Positions 38,311 to 51,902 of a stretch of DNA of 64,000 nucleotides are shown piece by piece. The notes below the pieces were generated by a model that saw only the letters and a list, made by a program, of their open reading frames with translations, was not told the origin of the DNA and made no database searches. The stretch lies in assembly GCF_001194135.2 (NCBI RefSeq), contig NC_068993.1:19604558-19668557 (forward strand). The letters are read 5' to 3'. The DNA is from Octopus bimaculoides (taxonomy: Eukaryota). The first letter of the stretch is position 1; every line of letters starts with the position of its first letter. Position numbers and translations under genes: made by a program.

Positions 38311-38504
38311 ATTTCAAATCTTGGCACAATGCCTGCAATTTTGGGTGAGGGTGTAAGTGGATTGAATCGACCCCAGTACACAACTGATACTTATTTTATC
38401 GATCCCAAAAGGATGAAAAGCAAAGTCGACCTCGACAGAATTTGAACTCAGAATATGAAGACAGGCAAAATATCACTAAGTTTTTTGCCCGGCCAGCTCA
38501 CCGC
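38311..38504 (-). mobile_element. SINE family C, decayed
   Basis: TTATTTTATCGATCCCAAAAGGATGAAAAGCAAAGTCGACCTCGACAGAATTTGAACTCAGAA...GCCAGCTCACCGC. Confidence 0.85.
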
Positions 38505-39010
38505 TTTTAGCCATATTTCTTGTATGCTGATGTGTGAAATCTCACGTATCAGTTGTAACAGATGATACAGAGCACAGAAATTCAGAATTTTCTTCAGTGA
38601 AAGAGGTGGATGGTCATTTGAAAAGTGGTTTTAATTTTTGTTGCAAGTATGAATGGTTCAATATATTCAGGCACACTTTCTGTTAAACCGGGATGAATCA
38701 AAACTCTGATTAAAGACAATCCAGTTACATTCGTATTGTCTTTTTATGAATATTTAAGACTATATAACATAGTGCCACATTATGTAAATAAAGTCTTGAA
38801 TAAAACGGAAATAGTCCTAGATTCTATGAAGAAATATCCTTGGAGATAAGATTTTTGGATAGTCCATTCTGATTCTATTGTGCTAATCTGTTGTCAACAT
38901 CAGAGTCTTTAAAACGGATATACACACTGAATAATGAAGCATCTGATAACACGTAGCTCCCATGGCTGGGACACCTCTTACCGGAGGTAAGAAGTTCCCA
39001 GCTTCATAAG

Positions 39011-39195
39011 ATCTGAGTGGCTAAGCTGTAACAGGAACAACGGTACATATAAGTATATGTAACAGAACAACTACATATAAGTATATAGTTGGAATGATAG
39101 TGGGACGTACTCTCCATTCCCTCTGATTGTGCCGAAACCCGGGAATGGGAGGATTGGAATTGGAGATAAGGATAGACTAGCAAGGGCTGTCACTG
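39011..39195 (+). repeat. 185-bp module, copy 1, directly upstream of the PLE GIY-YIG fragment
   Basis: Differs from 42029-42213 at 3 positions by manual comparison. Confidence 0.9.
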
Positions 39196-39494
39196 GTGTT
39201 GGAAATAAATTTAGGGGTAGCCAAAGTAAATTATGTAATTGTAGAGACCCTCTATTATGTCCTCTTGGCGGGCTCTGTCTATGTACAAACGTGGTATATA
39301 AATGCACTGTTAGGGACGAGAACAAACTAGATAAGTTTTATATAGGAAGCACGAAGAACTTTAAGGCTAGACATAGAGTGCATATGAGTTCGTTTTCAAT
39401 GGAAAAATACAGTAACTCTACCACACTCACCTCTTATTTGCATGACCTCAAGAAGAAGAATATAAAGTACTCTCTTGAATGGTCTATTATACAT
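39196..39494 (+). pseudogene. Penelope-like element Cys-rich linker plus GIY-YIG endonuclease fragment (open frame, runs into gap)
   Basis: CNCRDPLLCPLGGLCLCTNVVYKCTV...KFYIGSTKNFKARHRVHMSSF...KYSNSTTL..Y...LK...LEWSII contains the VVY/YIG motifs, the conserved Arg and His, and the CNCR..CPL.G.C linker. Confidence 0.9.
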
Positions 39495-39949
39495 NNNNNN
39501 NNNNNNNNNNNNNNNNNNNNNNNNNNNNNNNNNNNNNNNNNNNNNNNNNNNNNNNNNNNNNNNNNNNNNNNNNNNNNNNNNNNNNNNNNNNNNNNNNNNN
39601 NNNNNNNNNNNNNNNNNNNNNNNNNNNNNNNNNNNNNNNNNNNNNNNNNNNNNNNNNNNNNNNNNNNNNNNNNNNNNNNNNNNNNNNNNNNNNNNNNNNN
39701 NNNNNNNNNNNNNNNNNNNNNNNNNNNNNNNNNNNNNNNNNNNNNNNNNNNNNNNNNNNNNNNNNNNNNNNNNNNNNNNNNNNNNNNNNNNNNNNNNNNN
39801 NNNNNNNNNNNNNNNNNNNNNNNNNNNNNNNNNNNNNNNNNNNNNNNNNNNNNNNNNNNNNNNNNNNNNNNNNNNNNNNNNNNNNNNNNNNNNNNNNNNN
39901 NNNNNNNNNNNNNNNNNNNNNNNNNNNNNNNNNNNNNNNNTGTGTGTGT

Positions 39950-39986
<37 letters not shown>

Positions 39987-41267
39987 TGTGTGTGTTTTCG
40001 GAATTCAAGCATTGGTACGTTTACAATGCTTTGTGGATTAGAACCTGTACATTGCTTATGACAATGTGAGAAAGTCTAATGTATTTATGTGGTGACTTTT
40101 GAAAAGTTACACTGAGTTAATGTACAGTTAATAGTTGAGGATAAAAGAAATTGTTTTATTTTTATTTCTGTATAAAACCGGAGTTAAGTACCGACCATTA
40201 ATATTGTTGCGCTTCCTGGAAGAAACGAAATGGTTGAATGAATAAAGTATTGAACTTCTAGATAAATCTGTAGCAGGCGTTTCATTACAGTCACAGATCG
40301 CTTATTTGTGGGAATAGACCCCAAATCTCTGGTTGTCAGATTCGTGATTAATTCTACAGAAACCAGAATTAAATAACACATCTAATATCCCTTGAGATTT
40401 GTGAAAGAAGAAACTATTTTGAGTTTGTATGTGAACCATAATAGATGCTTAATGGAAAGTTTAAAATCGAAATACAAGTTCTAAAGAATTCTTCACAATA
40501 ATTCCATAGTTCATGAAATACAAAGATATCAGTCATTGAATATAAGACGACGTAAACCGAAGGGAAATATGCCAGAGAAGTGGAAAACGCATGGAGGCAT
40601 TCCAAAGTATACTGGCTTGCAGACGAATGTGTGGTGCCAAATGGTATTGAAATCTATCAATAATTTGAAAGTTGTGTCTAGAAATACACTTGTACGTAAG
40701 GCCAACTAAGGAAATATTTCTCTCTATATACCATTCCAATCAAGTAGATGCTTGTCAATATGAATAATTATTCTCTGCTCTTTTTGTCTTCAGTCTCAAA
40801 AGAAGAGACTTGGTTTATTTTCGTTGCCATTTCTATAATCTTATGTGTTGAAGTCACAAAAGAATTTTTTCTGTCAAGTTTTAAAATTAAAACCAATTGA
40901 TTCTTTTCTTTGTCTGCAGTAATTTCTGTTTTCTTTTCCTCGACGTACGTAATGTCTACAAAGAGAATGGCTGCTGGATTGAGACAAGCAATCAAACAAT
41001 CAAGTGCAAGATTAATGGCTTGCTGTTGATTGCGTTCATTTATTTTCTGAGTTCAAATGCGACTGGTACTTGATTTTCATTTCACGAAGTGTCACTAGCA
41101 TACATCACCATCACCAAAATAAATATTCAGTCGATCATGTCGACGCTACCTCTCCTTTAGATATTTATGGTTCATATTTAATAGAAGTTTCGACCTCTTA
41201 CAAGTGAAATTTCATGGTATGCCAAATATTAATGTCGTTCACGTTTGGATTCTGCTGCTATTAAATT

Positions 41268-41445
41268 ACGAGCTCGCAGGATAGCTAACACGCCGGGCAT
41301 AGTGCTTAGAGGCTTTTCTTCCAGCTTTACATCCTGAGTTCAAATGCAACTGTGATCGATAAAATAAGTAGCAATCATGTATTGGGGTTGATGGAATCGA
41401 CTTTCCCTCCTTCAAAATTTTTGGGTTTGTGCCTATATTAGAAAG
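41268..41445 (+). mobile_element. SINE family C, decayed
   Basis: CGAGCTCGCAGGATAGCTAACACGCCGGGCATAGTGCTTAG...CTGAGTTCAAAT...GATAAAATAAGTA...GTGCCTATATTAGAAAG. Confidence 0.75.
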
Positions 41446-41798
41446 GATTTTAAAGAGTATTACATGAAACAAGTTTTGTTATGAAGCATTATAATTTGTG
41501 TTATTTCTTCTTTAAGCTTTGTTCTACATTTGATAAAATAGTAATGTATATGTGAAATAAGATGGCAAGACTGACCTACACACAGGGTTCCACTTAGGGG
41601 TTTCACTTTCTCTTTTGTAGAATTTCTCTTCGACTGGAAATGACCAGAATAAAATCTCTGTTGGATTTAAAGAGTTCAACATGTAATAGAAGTTTCAGAC
41701 AGTACTTCTGAGTAAAAATTATATATTTGACCAATTATGATTCCAACACTGTTTCTGTATTTTGTGGAGACATATTTCGTGCTTTATATAACTATTGT

Positions 41799-42399
41799 TT
41801 AGTGGTTAGGGCAGCAGACTCGCGGTCATAGGATCGCGGTTTCGATTCTCAGACCGGGCGTTGTGAGTGTTTATTGAGCGAAAACACCTAAAGCTCCACG
41901 AGGCTCCGGCAGGGGATGGTGGTGAACCCTGCTGTACTCTTCCACCACAACTTTCTCTCACTCTTACTTTCTGTTTGTGCTGTGCCTGTAATTCAAAGGG
42001 TCAGCCTTGTCACACTGTCACGTTGAATATCTGAGTGGCTAAGCTGTAACAGGAACAACGGTACATATAAGTATATGTAACAGAACAACTACATATAAGT
42101 ATATAGTTGGAATGATAGTGGGACGTGCTCTCCATTCCATCTGATTGTGCCGAAACCCGGGAATGGGAGGATTGGAATTGTAGATAAGGATAGACTAGCA
42201 AGGGCTGTCACTGTGTGACAAGGCCTTGTCACACTGTGTCACGCTGAATATCCCCGAGAACTACGTTAAGGGTACACGTGTCTGTGGAGTGCTCAGCTAC
42301 TTGCACGCTAATTTCACGAGCAGGCTGTTCCGTTGATCAGCTGAAACCCTCGACGTCGTAAGCGACGGAGTGCCAACAACAACAACAACAACAACAACA
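41799..42399 (+). mobile_element. SINE family A interrupted by the 185-bp module
   Basis: AGTGGTTAGGGCAGCAGACTCGCGG head, (CAA)n tail at 42374-42399, insertion at 42029-42222. Confidence 0.92.
42029..42213 (+). repeat. 185-bp module, copy 2, inside SINE A
   Basis: Near-identical to 39011-39195. Confidence 0.9.
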
Positions 42400-45119
42400 C
42401 AAAAAGTGGATGAACAACACAGTACCTCACTTTGCATCTCTCGAAGCACATCTCCATTGTATTTAATATAAAGATTTCTAGAGAAAGAAGCAAAGAATTG
42501 AGCATTTTCCAGAGAAAAATCCATAGTCAGCTACTAGTTTTCAATCCTCTGTTATAGGAATTGCGCTCCAGCTAACTTGCTAAAAATCACTTCCATTTTT
42601 ATAGCTCTGAAACGCTTTTAAAACTGTAATAACTTAATATTTAACTTAAGATTCCAAGGTGATTGTCTTCCAGTTCGCTTAAGTAAAGTTGCAGTAATAT
42701 AGTGATATAATATGAATCAAATATTATGTCTTTTAAAAAAGAAATGCACATATCAACCACTGAAAAAAATATTATTTTTTCTTTGAATAGTATTCAGATT
42801 ACAAATGGCTGGATTGAGAATATAAAATTAGATTCAGTCTTTATGCCTTAACTAATGTAATCGCATGGTATCAAAATGACTGCTATTTTCATTTAATGGT
42901 CTTCGTTAAACGAGAATTTTCTAATAGTTATATTACGTTTATATGTTTTTCTTTTTACTTTCCTCTATATTTTCGCATTTTCTTTGCGCTTTTTTTCCCA
43001 TCAGAATCAAAACATTTTCGATTTTTTTTAGAAAATATCGAATGCAATATCTTTATTATGGACATTTTTAATGAATTATGAAAATGTCGATTTTTATGCA
43101 TTATACACATAAAAACAAAATTACACGGTTCTCTTATATTATTAGATTGCAAATAGGTTGGACTTCCATTTATTGATAGCGTAATTTTCATGGAAATGTT
43201 ATCATTATAGTCAAGGAAGGTAGCCACGTGTATGAAATATGCTCAACTTCTATATATCAGCTATCAAAATATATAGCAATGTATGGTTGGAGCAGCTAAG
43301 ATTTAATAAGAGGATTATCTTTTGATAATAAATATAATACCATGTTATCGCTGCATGCGTCCAACTTGGAGAAATATATATTCTTACGTTCTTGTACATA
43401 TTTTATACCAAAATAATTCAACACTAGCGTCGTTTGTTTCATGTTTCCAACAGTTCGTTCACAAGTCCACTGCATTTCTAATAGACAGTATTGATTCCAA
43501 GGAACTGTCTATAATTCGGTAAAGAACAAATATTACAAAAGACCAAGATGAAGGATAGAGATGGTGACTTCTTTTCCCTCTAAAGTGGAACAACCAAGCA
43601 TTATTTTTCTTACCCTACCCCAGGGATGATTAATTCCTTACAATGGTGCTAAACGTTTGAAATCAGTTGTTCTTTTAATCCTTCATTGACAACTCATTGG
43701 CACAAAATAACAGGTCCGAGAATATATCCCTGGTATTGGCAACAGAATTAGAAGAATTCATCCCTATAAATTAATAGAAGTTCGATCAGAAATTCAAGAT
43801 TGTCACCGAGTACGTGAATAACCATGATCAATAACAACTAGCATGAGGACATATATCTGAGTAGAATGCTGATAATTCTTAATTTCATTAATCCATCCAT
43901 TTATCCGACTTAGAATTTAATCACAGTCCTAATAATAAACAACAGAATATTAACACCTCCAATATCAGTTGTAGATTTCTAATAGAGCCTCAGTTGTATG
44001 GTAGATTTTAGCCGGGATAAAATCACGGTTATAATTTGACAGGTGATCCGTATGGATTAACTGGATATAAAGCTGGCACGTAGATGACTTTCTATAGGAA
44101 AATGCCTTTATAGGAATCAGACACTACAAAGTCAAAATATATGCACATCGATCAAATATCTAATTACATGCAAGATTATGTTACTGCGTAGATCTATCAT
44201 CGTTTGTCGATGATTCATTTATGACTGAGACAGTTAGCCGTGTTACGCTTATCACAAGTTGATCTGTAATACCATGGGTCGGTGGTCAGTCAAACCCTCT
44301 AATTGCTCCCTAAAAGCGCGCCCTGGCGCAGTATTCAGTACAAATTGGGTTCTCAGTTTGAAACCTATTTTTCACATATGTTCTATTGTACATTTATCAC
44401 TGATTCATTTAACACGGCGGTGTTTTTTCTTTAAAGCAAAACGCCTGAGAAAACGAGGCTAGATATATAATAGACGCGTGTATTTTGATTTCTTTTTCGC
44501 ATTTTTCTTTCAAAGCAGCAACACAGTTTGCAAGCCAAACATGTGTATAAAGGAGAGACTAGAGAAAAATAATTGCTATGTGAAAATATATATGCAGAAA
44601 TGCCGTAGGCAGAATATCATAGTCGCCATAGAAGGCATACAATACGATATTGGAAATTTGAAAATTCAAGAGATCATTATTATTTAAAAAATGAGTTTTC
44701 CATTAACAATAGTGTCCAGAATAAAGGATTTTGAAACCGAAAGGTTGAAATATTGAAAAATAAAAGTGAAAGCTTTTGTTTCATATGTCTTTTCGTTTAC
44801 ATTCCAATATTTCCAACTTATATTGAAGTGGTTCTCCAAATACGGTTTAAATATATACATCTATTGCATACATACATACACACACGCACACACACACACT
44901 TATATTTTACATATATGTACGTATATGTGTATGTATTTATTTATATATGTGTGTGTGCGTGTATAAATATATGCACATTTATGCATATGTATGTATTTTC
45001 ATATACATAGATATCATATATATACATACAAATGTACGTATATTCGTACATGAATAAGCAGACATAGCTGATATATATTATACATGAATTCATCCGTATA
45101 TGTGTATATATGTGTGTAT

Positions 45120-45152
<33 letters not shown>

Positions 45153-45206
45153 GATAGAGAGAGAGATACATACATACATACATGCATACATACATACATA
45201 CATACA

Positions 45207-45237
<31 letters not shown>

Positions 45238-45279
45238 GCGTATGTGTGTATTAGAGAGAGAGCGAAAGAGATAGAGAGT

Positions 45280-45324
<45 letters not shown>

Positions 45325-45702
45325 ATATTTATAAATATATTTATAAGTATGTGTTTAGTAGAACTGTGCGTCTGTGTGTGTATATGTTTGTACGTGCGTG
45401 TTTCCCAATTCATTAAGGTTGATACAATCGACTACAATCGTTGATGGTAGTGTTCTGGAATGGTCGTAATCCACCTACTGAACTCAGCAAAACAATAGAA
45501 AATAAGGCTTAAGAAGAAATTACTTCGATAAAAAGGAAACGATTCTGTAACCTCCTCAGTCATGATTACTGAAACGAAGAGAAGAATTTAAAAATTACAT
45601 GAGTAAGGAACTGTACAACAAATTTCTACTACACGCTTAATGTATAAATATTACGTAAAATTCAAATATATGTATGTGTGTATGTTGTTTACCTATGGAG
45701 TG

Positions 45703-45750
<48 letters not shown>

Positions 45751-47112
45751 NNNNNNNNNNNNNNNNNNNNNNNNNNNNNNNNNNNNNNNNNNNNNNNNNN
45801 NNNNNNNNNNNNNNNNNNNNNNNNNNNNNNNNNNNNNNNNNNNNNNNNNNNNNNNNNNNNNNNNNNNNNNNNNNNNNNNNNNNNNNNNNNNNNNNNNNNN
45901 NNNNNNNNNNNNNNNNNNNNNNNNNNNNNNNNNNNNNNNNNNNNNNNNNNNNNNNNNNNNNNNNNNNNNNNNNNNNNNNNNNNNNNNNNNNNNNNNNNNN
46001 NNNTATATATGTATGTATGTATATATATATACTGTAATTTTTGTATAATTATGTATTGTTAATATAACAATACATAAAGACGGGCCAGTGTTGAAGTGCT
46101 CAGCATGAGCTAGAATTCATCTTATAGTAAAAATGGATACATAAGGGTGGAAAATCACAGGAACAATACCATATGTCCAACGCAAGATACAATATGTGTG
46201 TTCAATTCCTTCAAGAATCAATAAATGAATTTATAGTATTCCTTCCGACTGATTTGGAGTACCTTATTCGTGGATTTCTTACTCTATCCTTGGATCACGT
46301 TATTTTCTAATTCACTCGGAGTACGTCGTTTCAGCACCTTTGATTGTGAATCTTCTACTTCACTTGTCTTCACTTCACTCTACTTCAGTTCGCTTTCCGC
46401 TCTCCTTCCATTTTCCTCCTCCTCGCCATCCCTCACACCTACACCTACACCTTACCACCATGCCTGATCTTCCTTCCGTCCTCCAGCAACACCACTCTAT
46501 TCTCTCCCGTTTCCTTATCGACTTCCCTCAACCTCCTCCTCAACCCCTCCGCCACACTCTACCTTCCACGTCTCTCCCTTCCACCCCTTAATACCTTCCC
46601 CTTCCACCCCTTCATGCCTCCCCTCCCCTCTTCTCCACACTCACACCCATTCTGTCTGTTCGTTAGATCTGGGTTGGAATGGCACAGTAGTTACACGTTC
46701 TACCATGAACGTTTCTCAAAACTTTTAAAATTCAACAGAGATAAATTGCCTTCGATTGTCAGACACTATCACATCTGGGATGCCAAATCTCGCAAACAAT
46801 TTGTGTAAAAAATTTATCACATTTGAGGAGGTTGGCTTTTTACACTTACAAATATCTGACCAATTCGAGAAACTATCAACTACCACTTAGTAGTAATAAC
46901 CATTTAAAGGACAAGCAACATCGATGTGTATTCTCGACCAAGGAATATCTACTTTTGAACAATGTCTACTTTTTATCGTGGGCAATTTTTCATTTCCTTT
47001 TGGCTTACATACAAGTGTTCCACTCTGTTTTACTGCAATTTTTTTAGTCCCTCAGCTGCATTCGAACCTTCGACTGAACCGACTAGATTTCCACACAAAA
47101 CACTAATTGGCG

Positions 47113-47249
<137 letters not shown>

Positions 47250-47614
47250 CAAGTCTTGAATGTGATTCTGGTTTGCGTTTCTGTTTTGTGATGAAACCGA
47301 TCGAAAACCCGCTGTTGATATTATGTCCATAAAACCTGTAAATCAGCGTTTCGTAAATCAGAATCTGATAAAATCAGTGCATGATTGCTATAAATACTGC
47401 TATATTAAGCATGGCTACTTGTAAAACTTGTGACAATACAATGAATTTCGAGAAATATAGAATATATAGAGTATAGAATATTTACTGATTCAGATGAAAT
47501 GAGTGGACGCCTGTACACCATTTTACATAGAATATTAGACAAACTTAAGAAGTGCGTAAGTTATCTTAAGTACTGTATAAGGATCCATGTAGCTATCTAT
47601 GTATTCATGTATGC

Positions 47615-47647
<33 letters not shown>

Positions 47648-48706
47648 TGTATGTATGTGTGTATGTATGTATGTATGTATGTATCTCTCTATCTATCCAT
47701 CTATCTACCTATCTACCTAGCTGTCCGTATGTTTTTGTGTGCGTGTATATATATATATATATATATATATAAACACACACACTCACACATACATATATAT
47801 ATATAGGTATAATATATACATGTATATATATATATATNNNNNNNNNNNNNNNNNNNNNNNNNNNNNNNNNNNNNNNNNNNNNNNNNNNNNNNNNNNNNNN
47901 NNNNNNNNNNNNNNNNNNNNNNNNNNNNNNNNNNNNNNNNNNNNNNNNNNNNNNNNNNNNNNNNNNNNNNNNNNNNNNNNNNNNNNNNNNNNNNNNNNNN
48001 NNNNNNNNNNNNNNNNNNNNNNNNNNNNNNNNNNNNNNNNNNNNNNNNNNNNNNNNNNNNNNNNNNNNNNNNNNNNNNNNNNNNATATGTACGTATATAT
48101 GAAATATATATATATATATATTTTACATATACATATAGATATATGTACTTCATATATATATATATATATCTTTCCTATATATATGTGTGTGTACTTATAC
48201 TCATATGTGTGTATGTTTATATTTTTGTATTTGTGTGTGAAAGAGAGAGAGGGGGGAGTATGTGACGAATGCGTTTTTGCTTACAGCTCCAATAGATGAA
48301 TTGATTCAGTGAGATAAACTTACTTTGGTTACGAATCAATTGTAACAATTCTTGAGTTGCCAACTTAATTTTGGTAGTCATCTTTTGTGGTGTTTGCTTT
48401 CAAAGCCTATTGATTCCACACACCCATACACATGCGCCCACAGACGCCAACACATCTAGAACTGTTTACTTATATCTATTACATACATATATGCACACAT
48501 AATAGTTTGTGTGCGTGCTTATGCCCATGCGCACGCGCGTGTATAAGTGTGCGTGTATTGTGTGTATATCTAAGAGAATTGTTAGTACAATGTCCCTATT
48601 TGTTTCATATTCAATCGTATTTGTTAATGGACCGGTGCTTATTTTCTTTCACTCTCACAGTCCATCACCCACACTTTCTCTGTCTTCTCCTCTCTCTCTC
48701 TCTCTG

Positions 48707-48756
<50 letters not shown>

Positions 48757-48990
48757 TTTCTCGATTTTCTACTTATTTAGTTACCGAAGATGCTCATATG
48801 TTATATATACATTTTTTTTTTGCATTGCTATATATGTATGTATATAGATTTCTCGACGTATATCTGTATGTGCGTATTTGTACATGGGTATGTATATAGA
48901 TACATACACACACAGACATGCACACACACTCACATATATATCTATACACATACATACATAAACACAGACACGCACACACACATACACAGA

Positions 48991-49035
<45 letters not shown>

Positions 49036-50544
49036 TCACACACACACACTATTGTTTATATTTATGTCAAGTTATGCCTAAAAGGAAGCTAACATTAATC
49101 TGAAAGATTAATCGGTATTTTTTAGTTGGATACATATATATTAATTTTTCTCTGTAAAATTAATATCTATATATATGTATGTGAGTGTGTATGTGTGTAT
49201 ATATATGTGTGTATGTGTGTGTGTGTGTGTGTGTGTATGTGTGTGTGTATGTGTGTGTGTACTTATGTTTGTACTTCTGTTTGTACTTATATGCGCGTAG
49301 CCAAATTCATCATGAAGTCAAATTTTTGTTATACGAAATAAGAAAAATGGAATAAGAAATGTACGTATAACAGAATAAGGGACAGAATCTGTTTCCATCC
49401 ATTCCTTTAATATTGAAGAAAAGCTTGTGGGTACATATTAACTTAAACAGCATATAATTTCCTCCTGTTTATTGTTTTTCTGTATGCGGATATGTATCGG
49501 TGTTGTCTCAGTATGATACAATACCAATACATATGAGTGCATCTGTGTTTATGTAGGTGCGTGTATGTGTGGTAAGTTTTAATAACCGATAATCTGTTTT
49601 AAACTTCATTTTAAGAGCAGCTTAGTCTCTGCTTGAGCTCTTACCAAGAGAAACTTATTTTACATGATTTAATTCATCTCTGTAATCTTACAAACAAAAG
49701 TATCCATAGTTATATAAAACTGCACTCATCTTCGGCGATCATGTGTACCTTGCTGCAATACATAAATTTGATTATAACAGTTAATATGTGAACAGTTTCT
49801 TAATGATTAAATTTTCATTATAGTTTCCGGTTTCTCATGAAATACTTGAAAAGCTTTACATATTCCCTAATGACGTATTATTATGATGTGCATAAAGCAC
49901 ACATGATATTTTATCTTGAGCTCGCTGGTTCATTTATATGATTATAAACAATCAGATATATTTATAATGATTTGAATAAATATAATTTCCCCGTTAAGCT
50001 AGAGAAAGAAGCCCACATCAAGAACACTATGACAATACATAATCCATTACAATAAATATCACCGCATGTGTTTCATTAATTAATAATCCCTGGTGTATTA
50101 TTCAGCCATTGTAAGAAATAAAATACATATATTCCAGTCGAAGAACAGAGGTGACAATTAGTTTCGTTTGAAGGTTACCTCAAACACGTTGCCACACGGA
50201 CACACATACAAACACAAGTGTAATTTATAATTGCCCGTGCCTGTGTTTCTGCACATACGTATATAGGTATGTATGCATGTATGGTTGTATGTATGTATTA
50301 TGCATGCATGTATGGATATATGTATGCATGTATGCATGTACGTACTTACGTATGTATGTATGAATGTATGCATGCATGTATGTATGTATGTATGTATGTA
50401 TGTATGCAATTATGTGTAAGGATGACTGCGATTTATTGTCTCACGCCGTTTATGTATCCCAAGACAGTCATTTTGAATCGATGGTAAATACCGTTTAACT
50501 TCATATAGAGAGTATTATAAATAGCAGAGAGATTAATAATCATC

Positions 50545-50586
<42 letters not shown>

Positions 50587-51564
50587 TGTGTGTGTGTGTT
50601 TGTGTGTGTGTGTGTTTGTGTGTGTACATACGCATATATGTATGTATAACCATATATATACTTACATATTGATATACATACACAGACGCAGACATAGGCA
50701 GAATCAGGCACACGCGCGTGCGCGCACGCATACACATTGTCGTTCGTCAACCCGAGCAGTCATATCTTAAGTGACATCACGTGGTCTTCATCTGATGGAA
50801 GTACACGTTTTAGTAAATCGAAAGAAAGTCATAGATACAAAAAAATAATAATAGATGCTGGCATGTAGATAAAAAGACAGACAGGTAAATCAATATATNN
50901 NNNNNNNNNNNNNNNNNNNNNNNNNNNNNNNNNNNNNNNNNNNNNNNNNNNNNNNNNNNNNNNNNNNNNNNNNNNNNNNNNNNNNNNNNNNNNNNNNNNN
51001 NNNNNNNNNNNNNNNNNNNNNNNNNNNNNNNNNNNNNNNNNNNNNNNNNNNNNNNNNNNNNNNNNNNNNNNNNNNNNNNNNNNNNNNNNNNNNNNNNNNN
51101 NNNNNNNNNNNNNNNNNNNNNNNNNNNNNNNNNNNNNNNNNNNNNNNNNNNNNNNNNNNNNNNNNNNNNNNNNNNNNNNNNNNNNNNNNNNNNNNNNNNN
51201 NNNNNNNNNNNNNNNNNNNNNNNNNNNNNNNNNNNNNNNNNNNNNNNNNNNNNNNNNNNNNNNNNNNNNNNNNNNNNNNNNNNNNNNNNNNNNNNNNNNN
51301 NNNNNNNNNNNNNNNNNNNNNNNNNNNNNNNNNNNNNNNNNNNNNNNNNNNNNNNNNNNNNNNNNNNNNNNNNNNNNNNNNNNNNNNNNNNNNNNNNNNN
51401 NNNNNNNNNNNNNNNNNNNNNNNNNNNNNNNNNNNNNNNNNNNNNNNNNNNNNNNNNNNNNNNNNNNNNNNNNNNNNNNNNNNNNNNNNNNNNNNNNNNN
51501 NNNNNNNNNNNNNNNNNNNNNNNNNNNNNNNNNNNNNNNNNNNNNNNNNNNNNNNNNNNNNNNN

Positions 51565-51610
51565 AGATAGATAAATAAATCGACAGACAGTTAGATAGAT
51601 AGATAGATAA

Positions 51611-51665
<55 letters not shown>

Positions 51666-51732
51666 TTCATACTTATGTATACACGCATATATACACACAT
51701 GCATCTGTCTATCCTTCTGTCTATCTATCTAA

Positions 51733-51787
<55 letters not shown>

Positions 51788-51902
51788 ATTATCTGTCTGT
51801 CTATCTAGCTAGCTAGCTGTCCATCTATTTATTTATCTATCTATCTAGCTAGCTGTCCATCTATTTATTTATCTATCTCTCTATCTGTGTGTGTGTGTGT
51901 GT
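51565..51902. repeat. (GATA)n block followed by (TCTA)n block
   Basis: Direct reading; the two blocks are reverse complements. Confidence 0.93.

Noticed and set aside
40414-40995. Short minus-strand ORFs with a PHIRL motif weakly like CR1-type RT (PH.RLL)
   Set aside because: It is a single short motif and the surrounding RT motifs are not recognisable.
46614-47047. ORFs after a CT-rich tract with weak GIY-YIG C-terminal resemblance
   Set aside because: No VVY/YIG motifs are present and the similarity is within chance.
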